Below, piece by piece: positions 27,719-36,690 of a stretch of 64,000 nucleotides of DNA (position 1 is its first letter; each line of letters opens with the position of its first letter). A program made the translations under genes and the position numbers. The notes below the pieces were generated by a model. The model was not told the origin of the DNA. It did not search any database and was given only the letters and a program-made list of their open reading frames with translations. Source of the stretch: an uncultured delta proteobacterium (lineage in GTDB: Bacteria; Myxococcota_A; UBA9160; UBA4427); the NCBI GenBank assembly GCA_963822965.1, contig CAWGJT010000013.1:160001-224000 (forward strand), written 5' to 3'.

Positions 27719-30253
27719 CTATTCGGGGCCGGGTTTGGCGTCCAGAGGCAGATCGATCACGAAGCTCGTGCCCTCGCCCGGCTCGGAGAGCACCTGGATG
27801 CGACCGCCGTGGCGCTCGATGATGCCGTGGGAGAGCGAGAGCCCGAGTCCCGTTCCCTTGCCCACGGGCTTGGTGGTGAAGAACGGGTCGAAGATGCGGC
27901 TCTGCACGTCCGCCGGGATGCCCGGACCATCGTCGTGGAAATCGAGTCGCACGCCCTGGCCGCTGCGCCGGGTCCGGATCATGATCGTGCCGCCGCCCTC
28001 GACGGCGTCGCACGCGTTCATCAACAGGTTCAGGAAGACCTGGTTGAGCTGCCCGGGGTAGCACCGCACCCGCGGCAGGTCACCGTAGTCCCGCTTGACG
28101 TCGATGCCGCCCTTGAGGCGCGGCTCCATCAGCGCCAGGGTCCGGTCGATCTCCTCGTGCAGATCGACTTCCTGCAGCTCGGCCTGGTCCATGCGCGAGA
28201 ACGTGCGCAGATCCATCACGATCTGCTTGACGCGGTCGGTCCCCTCCCGGCTCCGGGCGAGCAGCTTGTTGATGGCCTCCCGGATCTGCTCGGTGTCCTC
28301 GCCGCGCTCGCGGGCCGCCTCGAGCTTGACGATGAACTCGTCGAGCAACTTGAGGTTCGCGTGGACGAACCCGATCGGATTGTTGAGCTCGTGGGCCACG
28401 CCGGCGACCAGCTGGCCGAGGGACTTGAGCTTCTCGGCCTGCATCAGCTGGTCCTGGGTCTCGCGAAGCTCCCGCGTCCGCTCCTCGACGCGCGCTTCGA
28501 GGGTCTCGTTGAGCTGCGCGATCTCGTCGAAGGCCTTCGCGTTCTCGATGGCGATGGCGCTGTTGTTCGCCAGGGTTCGCAGGAGCTGGCGCTCGTCCGC
28601 CCCGAGGCGTTCGCCGGAGAGCTTGCGGCCCACGGCGACCACCCCCAGCAGGTCGACGCCGTAGAGGATCGGAACCAGCAGCTCCACCTCCAGGGTGTCG
28701 AAGACGTCCCAGCAGGCCTCGCGCTTCTCGGGATCGACCTCGTCGTCGAAGTCCGAGCGTGCCAGCTCCTCGCGGCGCATCCAGAGCTGCTTCCAGATCG
28801 GATGATCCGACGAGATCGTGGCGCGCGGGTCGCGCCCGTCCCATTCGCCGCGCCAGGCCACGGGTGCCAGCACCTTCTCGCTCTCGTCCATGATGAGCAC
28901 CATGGCGCTCTCCGCGCCGAGGGTGTCGGTGACGGCGACCAGGATGCGGTCGCTGATCTCGCGCTGGGAGAGCATCGAGACCATCGCCTCGGAGATCTCG
29001 CGCAACGCCGATCGATAGCGTGAGCGGTCGCGATCGAAGAAGGTGTCGACGAGCCGCTGCATGCGATCGCGCAGGGGATAGACCGCCAGGATCGCCAGGA
29101 AGAGGAAGGCCACCTGCACGGCCCGCTCGTCGACGCCGATCTGCGGGAAGACCGCGTCCGCGAAGGTGATCACGAAGGCGTAGAGACCGGTGATGGCGAG
29201 GCTCACCGCGCCGTAGGCCGCCGAGGACTTCGCGATGATGCGGAAGTCGAAGAGCTGGCGGCGCACCATGCCGTAGCCCACGGTGGCGGGAAAGAAGACC
29301 ACCCACATCATGGCCAGGTACCACGGCAGCGAGAGCTGCAGGAAGTACTCGACGAGCAGGATCACGAGGATGGGGAGCAGGCTCACGATGCCCGCGACGA
29401 GCATCAGATCCGCGCGATCGCCGAAGCCCGCGTCGTGCGCCCGGCGGCGCTCGGTGACGAGCACGCCCAACGAGACCAGCGAGAGCAGCACGCCGTAGAG
29501 GAATGCGCCTCCCTGCATCCAGGCCACCGGCAGCCCCATCATCTCGTCGACGAAGAGGCTCGTCGAGATGGCGAGCGCCGCCGCATAGGGGAGAGCCCGG
29601 ATACGCCGGTGGCGCACGATCCAGCGCGGCTCGATGGGATAGGTGGTGAAGAGATGGAACGTCGCCGCCCCGAGCCAGGGCATGTTCGCGAGGATCAGCG
29701 CCGCCGACCACGGCACCAGGTGCACGCGGATCGCGGTCGCGATCATCACGGACATCGTGGCGCAGAAGATCATCATCGCCCAGGTCTCAGCCGCCGTCGG
29801 ACGGTTCCACCAGACCACCATGCCGATGGCGAGATAGGAGATGCTGACGAAGAGCAGGCCCATGTGGATGAGCGTGTCGACGGGCCGCTCGGTGAACTCC
29901 CGGGGCGCGGGGGTGAGCGAGACGTCGCGAATCTCGCCGTTCCGCTGCTGGATGCGATAGACGTTCGGGCGCCCCGCCACCAGCCGCCCCTCGGTGCTAC
30001 GGAGCATCACGGTGACGGGCTGGCCGTCGATCGAGAGCAGCCGGTCCCCCTCGCGCACCCCGGCCGCCACGGCCTCGTCGGTCGCCGCCTCGACCATCGC
30101 GGCCGCCCCGACGAACGAGCAGTTCATGGGGAGGGTCAGGGTGCTGCGCGGCGCGAAGAGCGCGCTCACCGACATGCCGATCGCCAGCAGCGCCCAACCG
30201 ACCGCGAGCAGGCCCGTGAGCCGTCGAAAGCGGCGGGTGGTGACAGGATTCAT
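27719..30253 (-). CDS. Membrane sensor histidine kinase (PDZ-like + multi-TM + GAF + HisKA/HATPase)
   Basis: AAGVREGDRLLSIDG (PDZ-like), AGVAHELNNP H-box, QVFLNLLMNA N-box, DDGPGI, FFTTKPVGKGTGLGL. Confidence 0.9.
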   Translation of the reverse strand: MNPVTTRRFRRLTGLLAVGWALLAIGMSVSALFAPRSTLTLPMNCSFVGAAAMVEAATDEAVAAGVREGDRLLSIDGQPVTVMLRSTEGRLVAGRPNVYRIQQRNGEIRDVSLTPAPREFTERPVDTLIHMGLLFVSISYLAIGMVVWWNRPTAAETWAMMIFCATMSVMIATAIRVHLVPWSAALILANMPWLGAATFHLFTTYPIEPRWIVRHRRIRALPYAAALAISTSLFVDEMMGLPVAWMQGGAFLYGVLLSLVSLGVLVTERRRAHDAGFGDRADLMLVAGIVSLLPILVILLVEYFLQLSLPWYLAMMWVVFFPATVGYGMVRRQLFDFRIIAKSSAAYGAVSLAITGLYAFVITFADAVFPQIGVDERAVQVAFLFLAILAVYPLRDRMQRLVDTFFDRDRSRYRSALREISEAMVSMLSQREISDRILVAVTDTLGAESAMVLIMDESEKVLAPVAWRGEWDGRDPRATISSDHPIWKQLWMRREELARSDFDDEVDPEKREACWDVFDTLEVELLVPILYGVDLLGVVAVGRKLSGERLGADERQLLRTLANNSAIAIENAKAFDEIAQLNETLEARVEERTRELRETQDQLMQAEKLKSLGQLVAGVAHELNNPIGFVHANLKLLDEFIVKLEAARERGEDTEQIREAINKLLARSREGTDRVKQIVMDLRTFSRMDQAELQEVDLHEEIDRTLALMEPRLKGGIDVKRDYGDLPRVRCYPGQLNQVFLNLLMNACDAVEGGGTIMIRTRRSGQGVRLDFHDDGPGIPADVQSRIFDPFFTTKPVGKGTGLGLSLSHGIIERHGGRIQVLSEPGEGTSFVIDLPLDAKPGPE

Positions 30254-30421
30254 GACCGTCTCGGCTCCCCGGGAATGAGGGAGGCTCGGGCGCGCGGCCA
30301 CAGCATCGCACAGGAGGACCCTGGGGAGCCAAGCGCATCCCCGCGAGGAGAGGGCTCTCGCGGCGAGGCGGCGGCCCCCTCACGCGCCCGGCCGGCCGGC
30401 GTGGCCGGCGACGAGCACCGG

Positions 30422-30829
30422 TCAGGGCAGCTTGGTGGGTCGGTAGTTGTAGCCGTGTCCGTTGAGGACGATGCCCTGCTCGCCGGGCGGCTCACCCGGC
30501 GGGTGCTCGGCGGCCGCTCGACGAGCGACCTCCTGGAGCATCCGCCGGGTCTGGTACTCGATGACCGCGTCGCTCAGGGGAACCGGCGCGGCGGGATCGC
30601 TGCAGCTCGGCGCCGGCTTCTCGGCCACGGCTGCCGGCATCGCTGCGGCGACGGCCGGGGTGCCGGTCAGGGCGGGATCCACCGACATCGCGGCGGCCTC
30701 GTCGGCCCGGGCGATCTGCACGCCGGGCGAGGTCAGGGCGAGCGTCAGGACGAGGGCGGCGAATCCCAGCACGTCGCGCAGGAAGCCGTCGGCTGCTCGC
30801 TCGTGCGAAGGCGCGGGGTTGGAACGCAT
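30422..30829 (-). CDS. Hypothetical exported Ala/Pro-rich protein ending in LNGHGYNY
   Basis: GGAGG RBS, hydrophobic signal with an ARA cleavage site. Confidence 0.6.
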   Translation of the reverse strand: MRSNPAPSHERAADGFLRDVLGFAALVLTLALTSPGVQIARADEAAAMSVDPALTGTPAVAAAMPAAVAEKPAPSCSDPAAPVPLSDAVIEYQTRRMLQEVARRAAAEHPPGEPPGEQGIVLNGHGYNYRPTKLP

Positions 30830-31054
30830 GGGGCGGCCTCCGTGATACTCTGCCCGCTCGGGAGCAGGCCCGAGCGCTTTCGTCCTGCTTGCAGAATCGG
30901 CCACCCGGCCAGCGAACTTGAGCGGGGGCTGCGGTGACTCGATGAGCGGCAGCCCTTCCCCGAGAGATCGGCGGCAGATCCGCGGAAGGGAAGCGGCAGG
31001 TAGACGAGATCGGCAGGCGATCGGCAGGCAGGCGGCAGCGACGAGGAGGACTGC

Positions 31055-32161
31055 GTGCGACTCGTGACCTTCGAAGTCCACGATCCCGACGGCGACATGC
31101 CCGCCGAGCACCACACCTTCGCGGACGAGGTGATGGGCCGCGAAGCCCTCGACATCGGATGGCACGGACGGCATCGCCTGGGCGCGCTCCTCGGCGACCG
31201 ACCCCGGGGCGTCCAGGTCATCGACCTGAATCGGGCCCTCGCCGTCAAGCTCGCCTTCGAGGACGTGGGCGCACCCGAGGTCGAGGCGGACTCCCTGCTG
31301 CCCCCCACCATGATCGGCTTTCTGGAGCACGGCGAGGACGCGCTGCGGCTCGCGCGCCAGTGCGTCGAGTTCGTGCGCGGCGCGCTGGCGCGCTACGACG
31401 CTCCCGACCTGGAACGCGCCGGCGTCGTCATCCCGCTGTCGCAGGTGAGCCTGCGCGCGCCGGTCACGCGGCCGGGCAAGATCATCGGCGTCGCGCGCAA
31501 CTATGCGGCCCACGCCGCCGAGCAGGGGCAGCAGGAGCCGCCCAAGGAGCCGGTGCTCTTCATCAAGGCGAGCTCGTCGGTGGTCGGGCCGGACGAGGAC
31601 ATCCTGGCTCCCCGGGCGAGCCGGCAGGTGGACTACGAGGGCGAGCTCGGCGTGGTGATCGGGCGGCGCGTGCGCCACGTCGCGAGCGACGGCGCCCTCG
31701 CCTGCGTGGCCGGCTACCTGCCCGCCAACGACGTGACGGCACGCGACTTCCAGAACGTCCGGGGCCAGCACTTCCTCGGGAAGTCGTGCGACACCTTCGC
31801 GCCCATGGGCCCGGCGCTCGTCACCGCCGACGAAGTTCCCGATCCCCAGGCGCTGGCGATCCACACCCACGTGAACGGCGAGCAGAGGCAGTCAGGAACG
31901 ACCGGCGAGATGATCTTCCCGGTCGCCGAGCTGATCGCGTTCGCCTCGCGGCTGATGACCCTGGAGCCGGGGGACGTGATCCTCACGGGCACGCCTTCGG
32001 GCGTCGGCGCAGCCGCCACTCCCCCGCGCTGGCTGGTGGACGGAGACGTGGTGGAGATCGAGATCGGCGGCGTGGGCCACCTGCGGAATCACGTGCGCAA
32101 CGAGCCTCGCCAGGCGGATCGGGAGAGCGACCCAGGACGAAGCCGCGGGTCGGCCGGCTAG
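31055..32161 (+). CDS. Fumarylacetoacetate hydrolase family protein with N-terminal extension
   Basis: KIIGVARNYAAH, VDYEGELGVVIG, NDVTARD, GKSCDTFAPMGP, PGDVILTGTP. Confidence 0.9.
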   Translation: MRLVTFEVHDPDGDMPAEHHTFADEVMGREALDIGWHGRHRLGALLGDRPRGVQVIDLNRALAVKLAFEDVGAPEVEADSLLPPTMIGFLEHGEDALRLARQCVEFVRGALARYDAPDLERAGVVIPLSQVSLRAPVTRPGKIIGVARNYAAHAAEQGQQEPPKEPVLFIKASSSVVGPDEDILAPRASRQVDYEGELGVVIGRRVRHVASDGALACVAGYLPANDVTARDFQNVRGQHFLGKSCDTFAPMGPALVTADEVPDPQALAIHTHVNGEQRQSGTTGEMIFPVAELIAFASRLMTLEPGDVILTGTPSGVGAAATPPRWLVDGDVVEIEIGGVGHLRNHVRNEPRQADRESDPGRSRGSAG

Positions 32162-33030
32162 ATCCCCGAGCCCTGCTCCTGCTCGTCCGAGACGTGGAGG
32201 CCGCACTCCTTCGTCTCGGCACTCTCCCACCACCAGCGGCCGGCGCGCTCGTCCTCGCCGTGGGGCACGGAGCGCGTGCACGGCGCGCACCCCACCGACG
32301 GATAGCCGGTCTTGTGAAGCCGGTTGACCGGGACGTTGTGACGCCGGACGTAGTCCCAGACCTGGTCCCTCGTCCAGTCGGCCAGGGGATTGACCTTGAC
32401 CACGCCGCCGTTGCCCAGGTCGGCGGAGACCTTGGGCGTGTCGGCGCGGGTGAGGTTCTGATCCCGGCGCAGACCCGAGACGTAGGCGTCGAGCTGCTGC
32501 ACGTAGCGACGCATGGGCGCCACCTTGCGGACGAAGCAGCAGCGCTGGCGATTCTCCAGCGACTCGTAGAACAGGTTGGCGCCCTTGGCGCGCACCATCT
32601 CTTCCACGTCGTCGGCCCGGGGAAACACCACCTCCACGCGCTTGTCGTAGCGGTCGCGCACGCGGTCGATCAGGTCGTAGGTCGCCTCGTGCATGCGTCC
32701 GGTGTCGAGCACGAACACCCGGCTCGCCGGCTCGATGCGGTGCATCATGTCGAGAAGCACCATGCCTTCAGGCGCGCCGAAGGAGGCCGACAGGGCCAGG
32801 CGCGGGTGAAAGTTCTCGATTGCCCAGGTAAGGATCTCCTCCGCCGTCCAGCTCTCGGAGCGCCGCTCCTCGATCGAGCGCCGGACCTCCTGGGAGAGCG
32901 GGGCGCGTCCCGGCGAGGCCGTTGGAGCGCTCCGGCGCGGCGTTTCGCCGGCCGCGAGGGCCTCCAGGCTGCTCGAGGACGGGGAGAAGGGCTTCGAGGG
33001 AGTGGAGCCCAGCGCTGCTCTGACTGTCAT
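32158..33030 (-). CDS. cysH: Adenylyl-sulfate (APS/PAPS) reductase, Fe-S type
   Basis: LDTGRMH, RCCFVRKV, SGLRRDQ, YPSVGCAPCT, RAGRWWWE, ECGLH. Confidence 0.92.
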   Translation of the reverse strand: MTVRAALGSTPSKPFSPSSSSLEALAAGETPRRSAPTASPGRAPLSQEVRRSIEERRSESWTAEEILTWAIENFHPRLALSASFGAPEGMVLLDMMHRIEPASRVFVLDTGRMHEATYDLIDRVRDRYDKRVEVVFPRADDVEEMVRAKGANLFYESLENRQRCCFVRKVAPMRRYVQQLDAYVSGLRRDQNLTRADTPKVSADLGNGGVVKVNPLADWTRDQVWDYVRRHNVPVNRLHKTGYPSVGCAPCTRSVPHGEDERAGRWWWESAETKECGLHVSDEQEQGSGI

Positions 33031-33079
33031 ACGGGGGGTCTCCCTGACCGGGTCCCGGTCGGGCGGGCGAATTTCTTGA

Positions 33080-33125
33080 TTACCGTACCGTATAGATCGC
33101 TGCAATTTACCGTGTTTGTTACCGT
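33080..33125. promoter_or_regulatory. AT-rich cysH upstream region with three TTACCGT direct repeats
   Basis: TTACCGT at 33080, 33107, 33119. Confidence 0.5.
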
Positions 33126-33158
33126 TGAATAGCCGGCGGGTCCTGTGGCTCGCCCGGC

Positions 33159-33470
33159 TCACGCCAGCTTCTCTTCCACCGAGCGCAGCTTGTCCTCCAT
33201 GGTGGCGGGCCGGTCCCGGCGGTCGTCGATCTTGAGGACCGTGCCCACGCGCACGGCGCCCGCCTCGAATACCGCCTCCTGCATGCGTCGCACCAGGGCG
33301 AAGATCTCGTCGAGATCGCCTTCGAGGGTGGTGAACATGGGGTCGAGCCGGTAACGGACCGCCTCCTGGGCGCGGAGAACCTCGAGGGCGCGGGCCACGT
33401 AGCGGGAGACCGACGCTCCCTCGTCCCCGGTCCCCCCGGTCGGCGCGATGCTGACGGCGACGATCGCCAT
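33159..33470 (-). CDS. MTH1187/YkoF-like thiamine-binding protein
   Basis: MAIVAVSIAP, SVSRYVA, PMFTTLEG, RVGTVLKIDDRRD. Confidence 0.88.
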   Translation of the reverse strand: MAIVAVSIAPTGGTGDEGASVSRYVARALEVLRAQEAVRYRLDPMFTTLEGDLDEIFALVRRMQEAVFEAGAVRVGTVLKIDDRRDRPATMEDKLRSVEEKLA

Positions 33471-33591
33471 GCGGGATCTCTCCTCCCCCCGCTTCTCCCT
33501 CCACGAGGTCCTCATCTCCGCGCCGGCTTCCGGAGACGGGAGCCCCGGGATCCGGGCGCTGGAGGCTCCGATGCCCGGGCGCTACCGGGCG

Positions 33592-34146
33592 TCACCGCTC
33601 GCGGGCCCCGGGTGGGCCCCCGCAGAGGGGATGGCCCCAGGGACGGATGCCGGGGGGGAGATCGCCCTCCGCCCCCTGCAGACGTTCGAGCAGCAGCGAG
33701 ACGGGCTCCCCGAGCGCCGGGTGCACGAGGTCCGGAACGAGATCGCACAGGGGCACGAGCACGAACGAGCGCTCCGGGATGCGCGGGTGGGGCACCCGAA
33801 GCCGCGGCTCGTCGATCTCGGCGTCGCCGAAGAACAGCAGGTCGAGGTCGAGGGCGCGGGCCGACCAGCGCGGGGCGTCCCCGGCCTCGCGCGACCGCCC
33901 CGCACGAGCCTCGAGGGTATGCAGCGCCGCGAGCAGGGCGGCGGGGTCCCTCTCGCTGTCGAGAGCGACCACCGCGTTGAGGTACGGACCCTGCTCGCCG
34001 GGACCCACGGGATCCGTTTCGTAGACCGGGGAGCAGGCGAGCACGTGGACGCCCGCGAGCGAGGCGAGGCCGCGCACCGCGCGCGCCAGGTGTGCGTCGC
34101 GATCGCCCAGGTTGGAGCCCAGAGCGACGTATGCGGTCTGGCCCAC
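33592..34146 (-). CDS. folK: 6-hydroxymethyl-7,8-dihydropterin pyrophosphokinase
   Basis: AYVALGSNLGD, SPVYETDP, YLNAV, RALDLDLL, LRVPHPRI.ERSFVLVPL. Confidence 0.93.
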   Translation of the reverse strand: MGQTAYVALGSNLGDRDAHLARAVRGLASLAGVHVLACSPVYETDPVGPGEQGPYLNAVVALDSERDPAALLAALHTLEARAGRSREAGDAPRWSARALDLDLLFFGDAEIDEPRLRVPHPRIPERSFVLVPLCDLVPDLVHPALGEPVSLLLERLQGAEGDLPPGIRPWGHPLCGGPPGARER

Positions 34147-34231
34147 GACCGTCCTCCCCGCGCCCGCCCGGATCCTTCGCGCGTTCCGTCTGCCGAATCC
34201 GGCCGCGGGAGTCTACAGCTACACTCGCGCG

Positions 34232-35563
34232 ATGGCGCCGCCGCAGACCCTTCCTCCCCGGCTGGTGACAGCGGTTCCCGGCCCCCGGTCCCGGGAGCTC
34301 GCAACGCGCCTCGCCCGGGTGGAGAGCCGCAACGTCACCTGTCTCTCGCCGCCGCCCATCTTCTGGGAGCGCGCGGCGGGGGCCAACGTGTGGGACGTCG
34401 ACGGAAATCGCTTCGTCGACCTCACCGCCGCCTTCGGGGTCGCCACCGCGGGTCATGGGCATCCGCGCATCGTGGAAGCCCTGCGTGAGCAGGCCGGCAG
34501 GCTGGTCCACGGAATGGGCGACGTTTATCCGGCGGACCGGAAGGTCGAGCTGCTCGAGGCCCTCGCCGGGCTCTATCCCGGCGCGGTGTCGAGCCCGGAG
34601 GCGCCGGCGGAGATCCGCACCATCCTGAGCTCGTCTGGCGCCGACGCCGTCGAGTCTGCGCTCAAGACCGCGATGCTCGCGACCGGACGTGCGGGGATCG
34701 TGGCCTTCGAGGGCGCCTACCACGGCCTGTCCCTCGGCGCCCTGGACGTCACCTGGCGAGCCGACTTTCGCGAGCCGTTCTCCGCACGGCTGCCGGCGCG
34801 CACGGCCTTCGCGCGCTTCGGCGACCTGGAGGACGTCCTGCGCGCCGCCCGCCGCTGCCCGGAGCCGGTAGGCGCCGTGATCGTCGAGCCGGTGCAGGGG
34901 CGAGGCGGAGAGCGGGTGCCGCCGCCGGGGTTCCTGTCGGGCCTGCGGGCGCTCTGCGATCGCGAGGGGTGGCTGCTCGTGGCCGACGAGATCTACACCG
35001 GCTTCGGACGCACGGGGCGCACCTGGGCTTGTGACCACGAAGGCGTCGTCCCCGATCTGCTGTGTGCCGGCAAGGGGCTCGCCTCGGGCATGCCCCTCTC
35101 GGCCTGCATGGGACGCGCGGCGGTCATGGACCGCGCCTGGCCGGAATCACACGGGGAGGCGCTGCACACCCAGACCTTCCTCGGCCACCCGCTGAGCTGC
35201 GCGGCCGCGCTGGCCTCGCTGGAGATCTTCCGGCAGGAGGATCTCGCGGGTCGGGCCGCGCGGACCGGCGCCCTGGCGCTGGAGCGGCTCACCGCGAAGC
35301 TCTCGGGCGCCGCGGCGGTGGCGGACGTGCGCGGGCTCGGCCTCATGATCGGCGTCGAGCTGCGATCCGGTGCCCACGCGGCGGCCGTCACGCGTCGCGC
35401 GCTCGAGCATGGGGTCATCGCGCTCCCGTCGGGCGAGGGCGGGCGGGTGCTCTCGGTGACCCCGCCGCTCGTCGTCGAAGCGGATGCCCTGCTTGCCGCC
35501 CTGGACGTCCTGATCGCCCGGGTCCACGAGACGCCGCGCGACGGGAACGAGGCCGCCACGTGA
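34232..35563 (+). CDS. Class III PLP aminotransferase (GabT/ArgD-like)
   Basis: DVDGNRFVD, SGADAVESALK, FEGAYHG, IVEPVQGRGG, DEIYTGFGRTG, GKGLASG, HTQTFLGHP. Confidence 0.9.
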   Translation: MAPPQTLPPRLVTAVPGPRSRELATRLARVESRNVTCLSPPPIFWERAAGANVWDVDGNRFVDLTAAFGVATAGHGHPRIVEALREQAGRLVHGMGDVYPADRKVELLEALAGLYPGAVSSPEAPAEIRTILSSSGADAVESALKTAMLATGRAGIVAFEGAYHGLSLGALDVTWRADFREPFSARLPARTAFARFGDLEDVLRAARRCPEPVGAVIVEPVQGRGGERVPPPGFLSGLRALCDREGWLLVADEIYTGFGRTGRTWACDHEGVVPDLLCAGKGLASGMPLSACMGRAAVMDRAWPESHGEALHTQTFLGHPLSCAAALASLEIFRQEDLAGRAARTGALALERLTAKLSGAAAVADVRGLGLMIGVELRSGAHAAAVTRRALEHGVIALPSGEGGRVLSVTPPLVVEADALLAALDVLIARVHETPRDGNEAAT

Positions 35564-36690
35564 GCGAGGGCGACCCGCAGCGCGCCGCCCTCGACGCCCG
35601 GGTCCTCGCCTGGATGCGCGAGGCGCCCTGGCAGGACGACGAAGAACGCTTCGACGCCCTGGCGCGGGAGCTGTTCGCCTTCCAGTTCGAGCACTGCGTT
35701 CCCTATCGCCGCTTCTGTCTGGCGAAGGATGTCTCGCCCGATTCGGCTCGCAGCTGGCGCGACGTTCCCGCGGTGCCGGCGGGCGCCTTCAAGGAGGTGG
35801 CGCTTCGCTGCTTCCCCGAGGCGCAGGAGCGCGCCACGTTCCGCACGAGCGGCACGAGCACGGCGCGCCGGGGCGAGCTGCATCTCGACACCCTCGCGCT
35901 CTACGAGGCGTCGCTCCTGCCGACCTTGCGCCACTTCCTCTTCCCCGACCTCGCGCCCGAGGCGCGCATGCGGATGCTCGTGCTGACCCCCTCCGCGACC
36001 GCGGTGCCGGACTCCTCCCTCTCGCACATGTTCGGATGCATGATCGATGCCCTCGGCGCGCCGGGTAGCGCCTTCTTCGTGGAAGCGGGCGCCCTGCGCA
36101 CGGACGACCTGATGGCGGCGCTCACCGACGCGGAGGGTGCCGGCGCACCCGTGGCGGTGTGCGGAACCGCGTTCGCGTTCGTGCACCTGCTCGACGCCCT
36201 GCAAGCGGCGGAGATCCGGCGCGTGCTGCCCCCTGGGAGCCGGGTGATGGAGACCGGAGGCTTCAAGGGGCGCGGCCGCCAGATGCCGCGCGAAAGCCTC
36301 TACGCCCGGATCGAGCAGCACCTCGGCGTGCCACGCGACCACATCGTGAACCAGTACGGCATGACCGAGCTCGGCAGCCAGTTCTACGACTCGGTGCTCG
36401 CCCTTCCCGGGGAGTCGCGCCGCAAGCTCGGTCCGCCCTGGGCGCGCGTGCGGCTCGTGGATCCCGAGACCGGCGACGAAGCGCGGCCCGGCCGCCCCGG
36501 CATCGTCACCGTCCACGACCTCGCCAACACGGGGAGCGTGGCCGCGGTCATGACCGCCGATCTCGGCGTCCGCATCGAGGCGGGGGAGGGCGCACCGGGC
36601 TTCGACGTGCTCGGCCGGGAGCCCGGCGCCGAGGAGCGCGGATGCTCCATCGCCGCCGACGTGATGCTCGCGGGAGGAGCGGGCGCATGA
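35560..36690 (+). CDS. LuxE-like acyl-protein synthetase
   Basis: FRTSGTST, SSLSHM, METGGFKG, NQYGMTELGSQ, DLAN, C-terminal RGCS; GTGA overlap with the upstream stop. Confidence 0.82.
   Translation: MSEGDPQRAALDARVLAWMREAPWQDDEERFDALARELFAFQFEHCVPYRRFCLAKDVSPDSARSWRDVPAVPAGAFKEVALRCFPEAQERATFRTSGTSTARRGELHLDTLALYEASLLPTLRHFLFPDLAPEARMRMLVLTPSATAVPDSSLSHMFGCMIDALGAPGSAFFVEAGALRTDDLMAALTDAEGAGAPVAVCGTAFAFVHLLDALQAAEIRRVLPPGSRVMETGGFKGRGRQMPRESLYARIEQHLGVPRDHIVNQYGMTELGSQFYDSVLALPGESRRKLGPPWARVRLVDPETGDEARPGRPGIVTVHDLANTGSVAAVMTADLGVRIEAGEGAPGFDVLGREPGAEERGCSIAADVMLAGGAGA

Noticed and set aside
30960..31045. Degenerate GATCGGCAGGC repeats upstream of the FAH gene
   Set aside because: Irregular low-complexity sequence with no consistent unit or spacing
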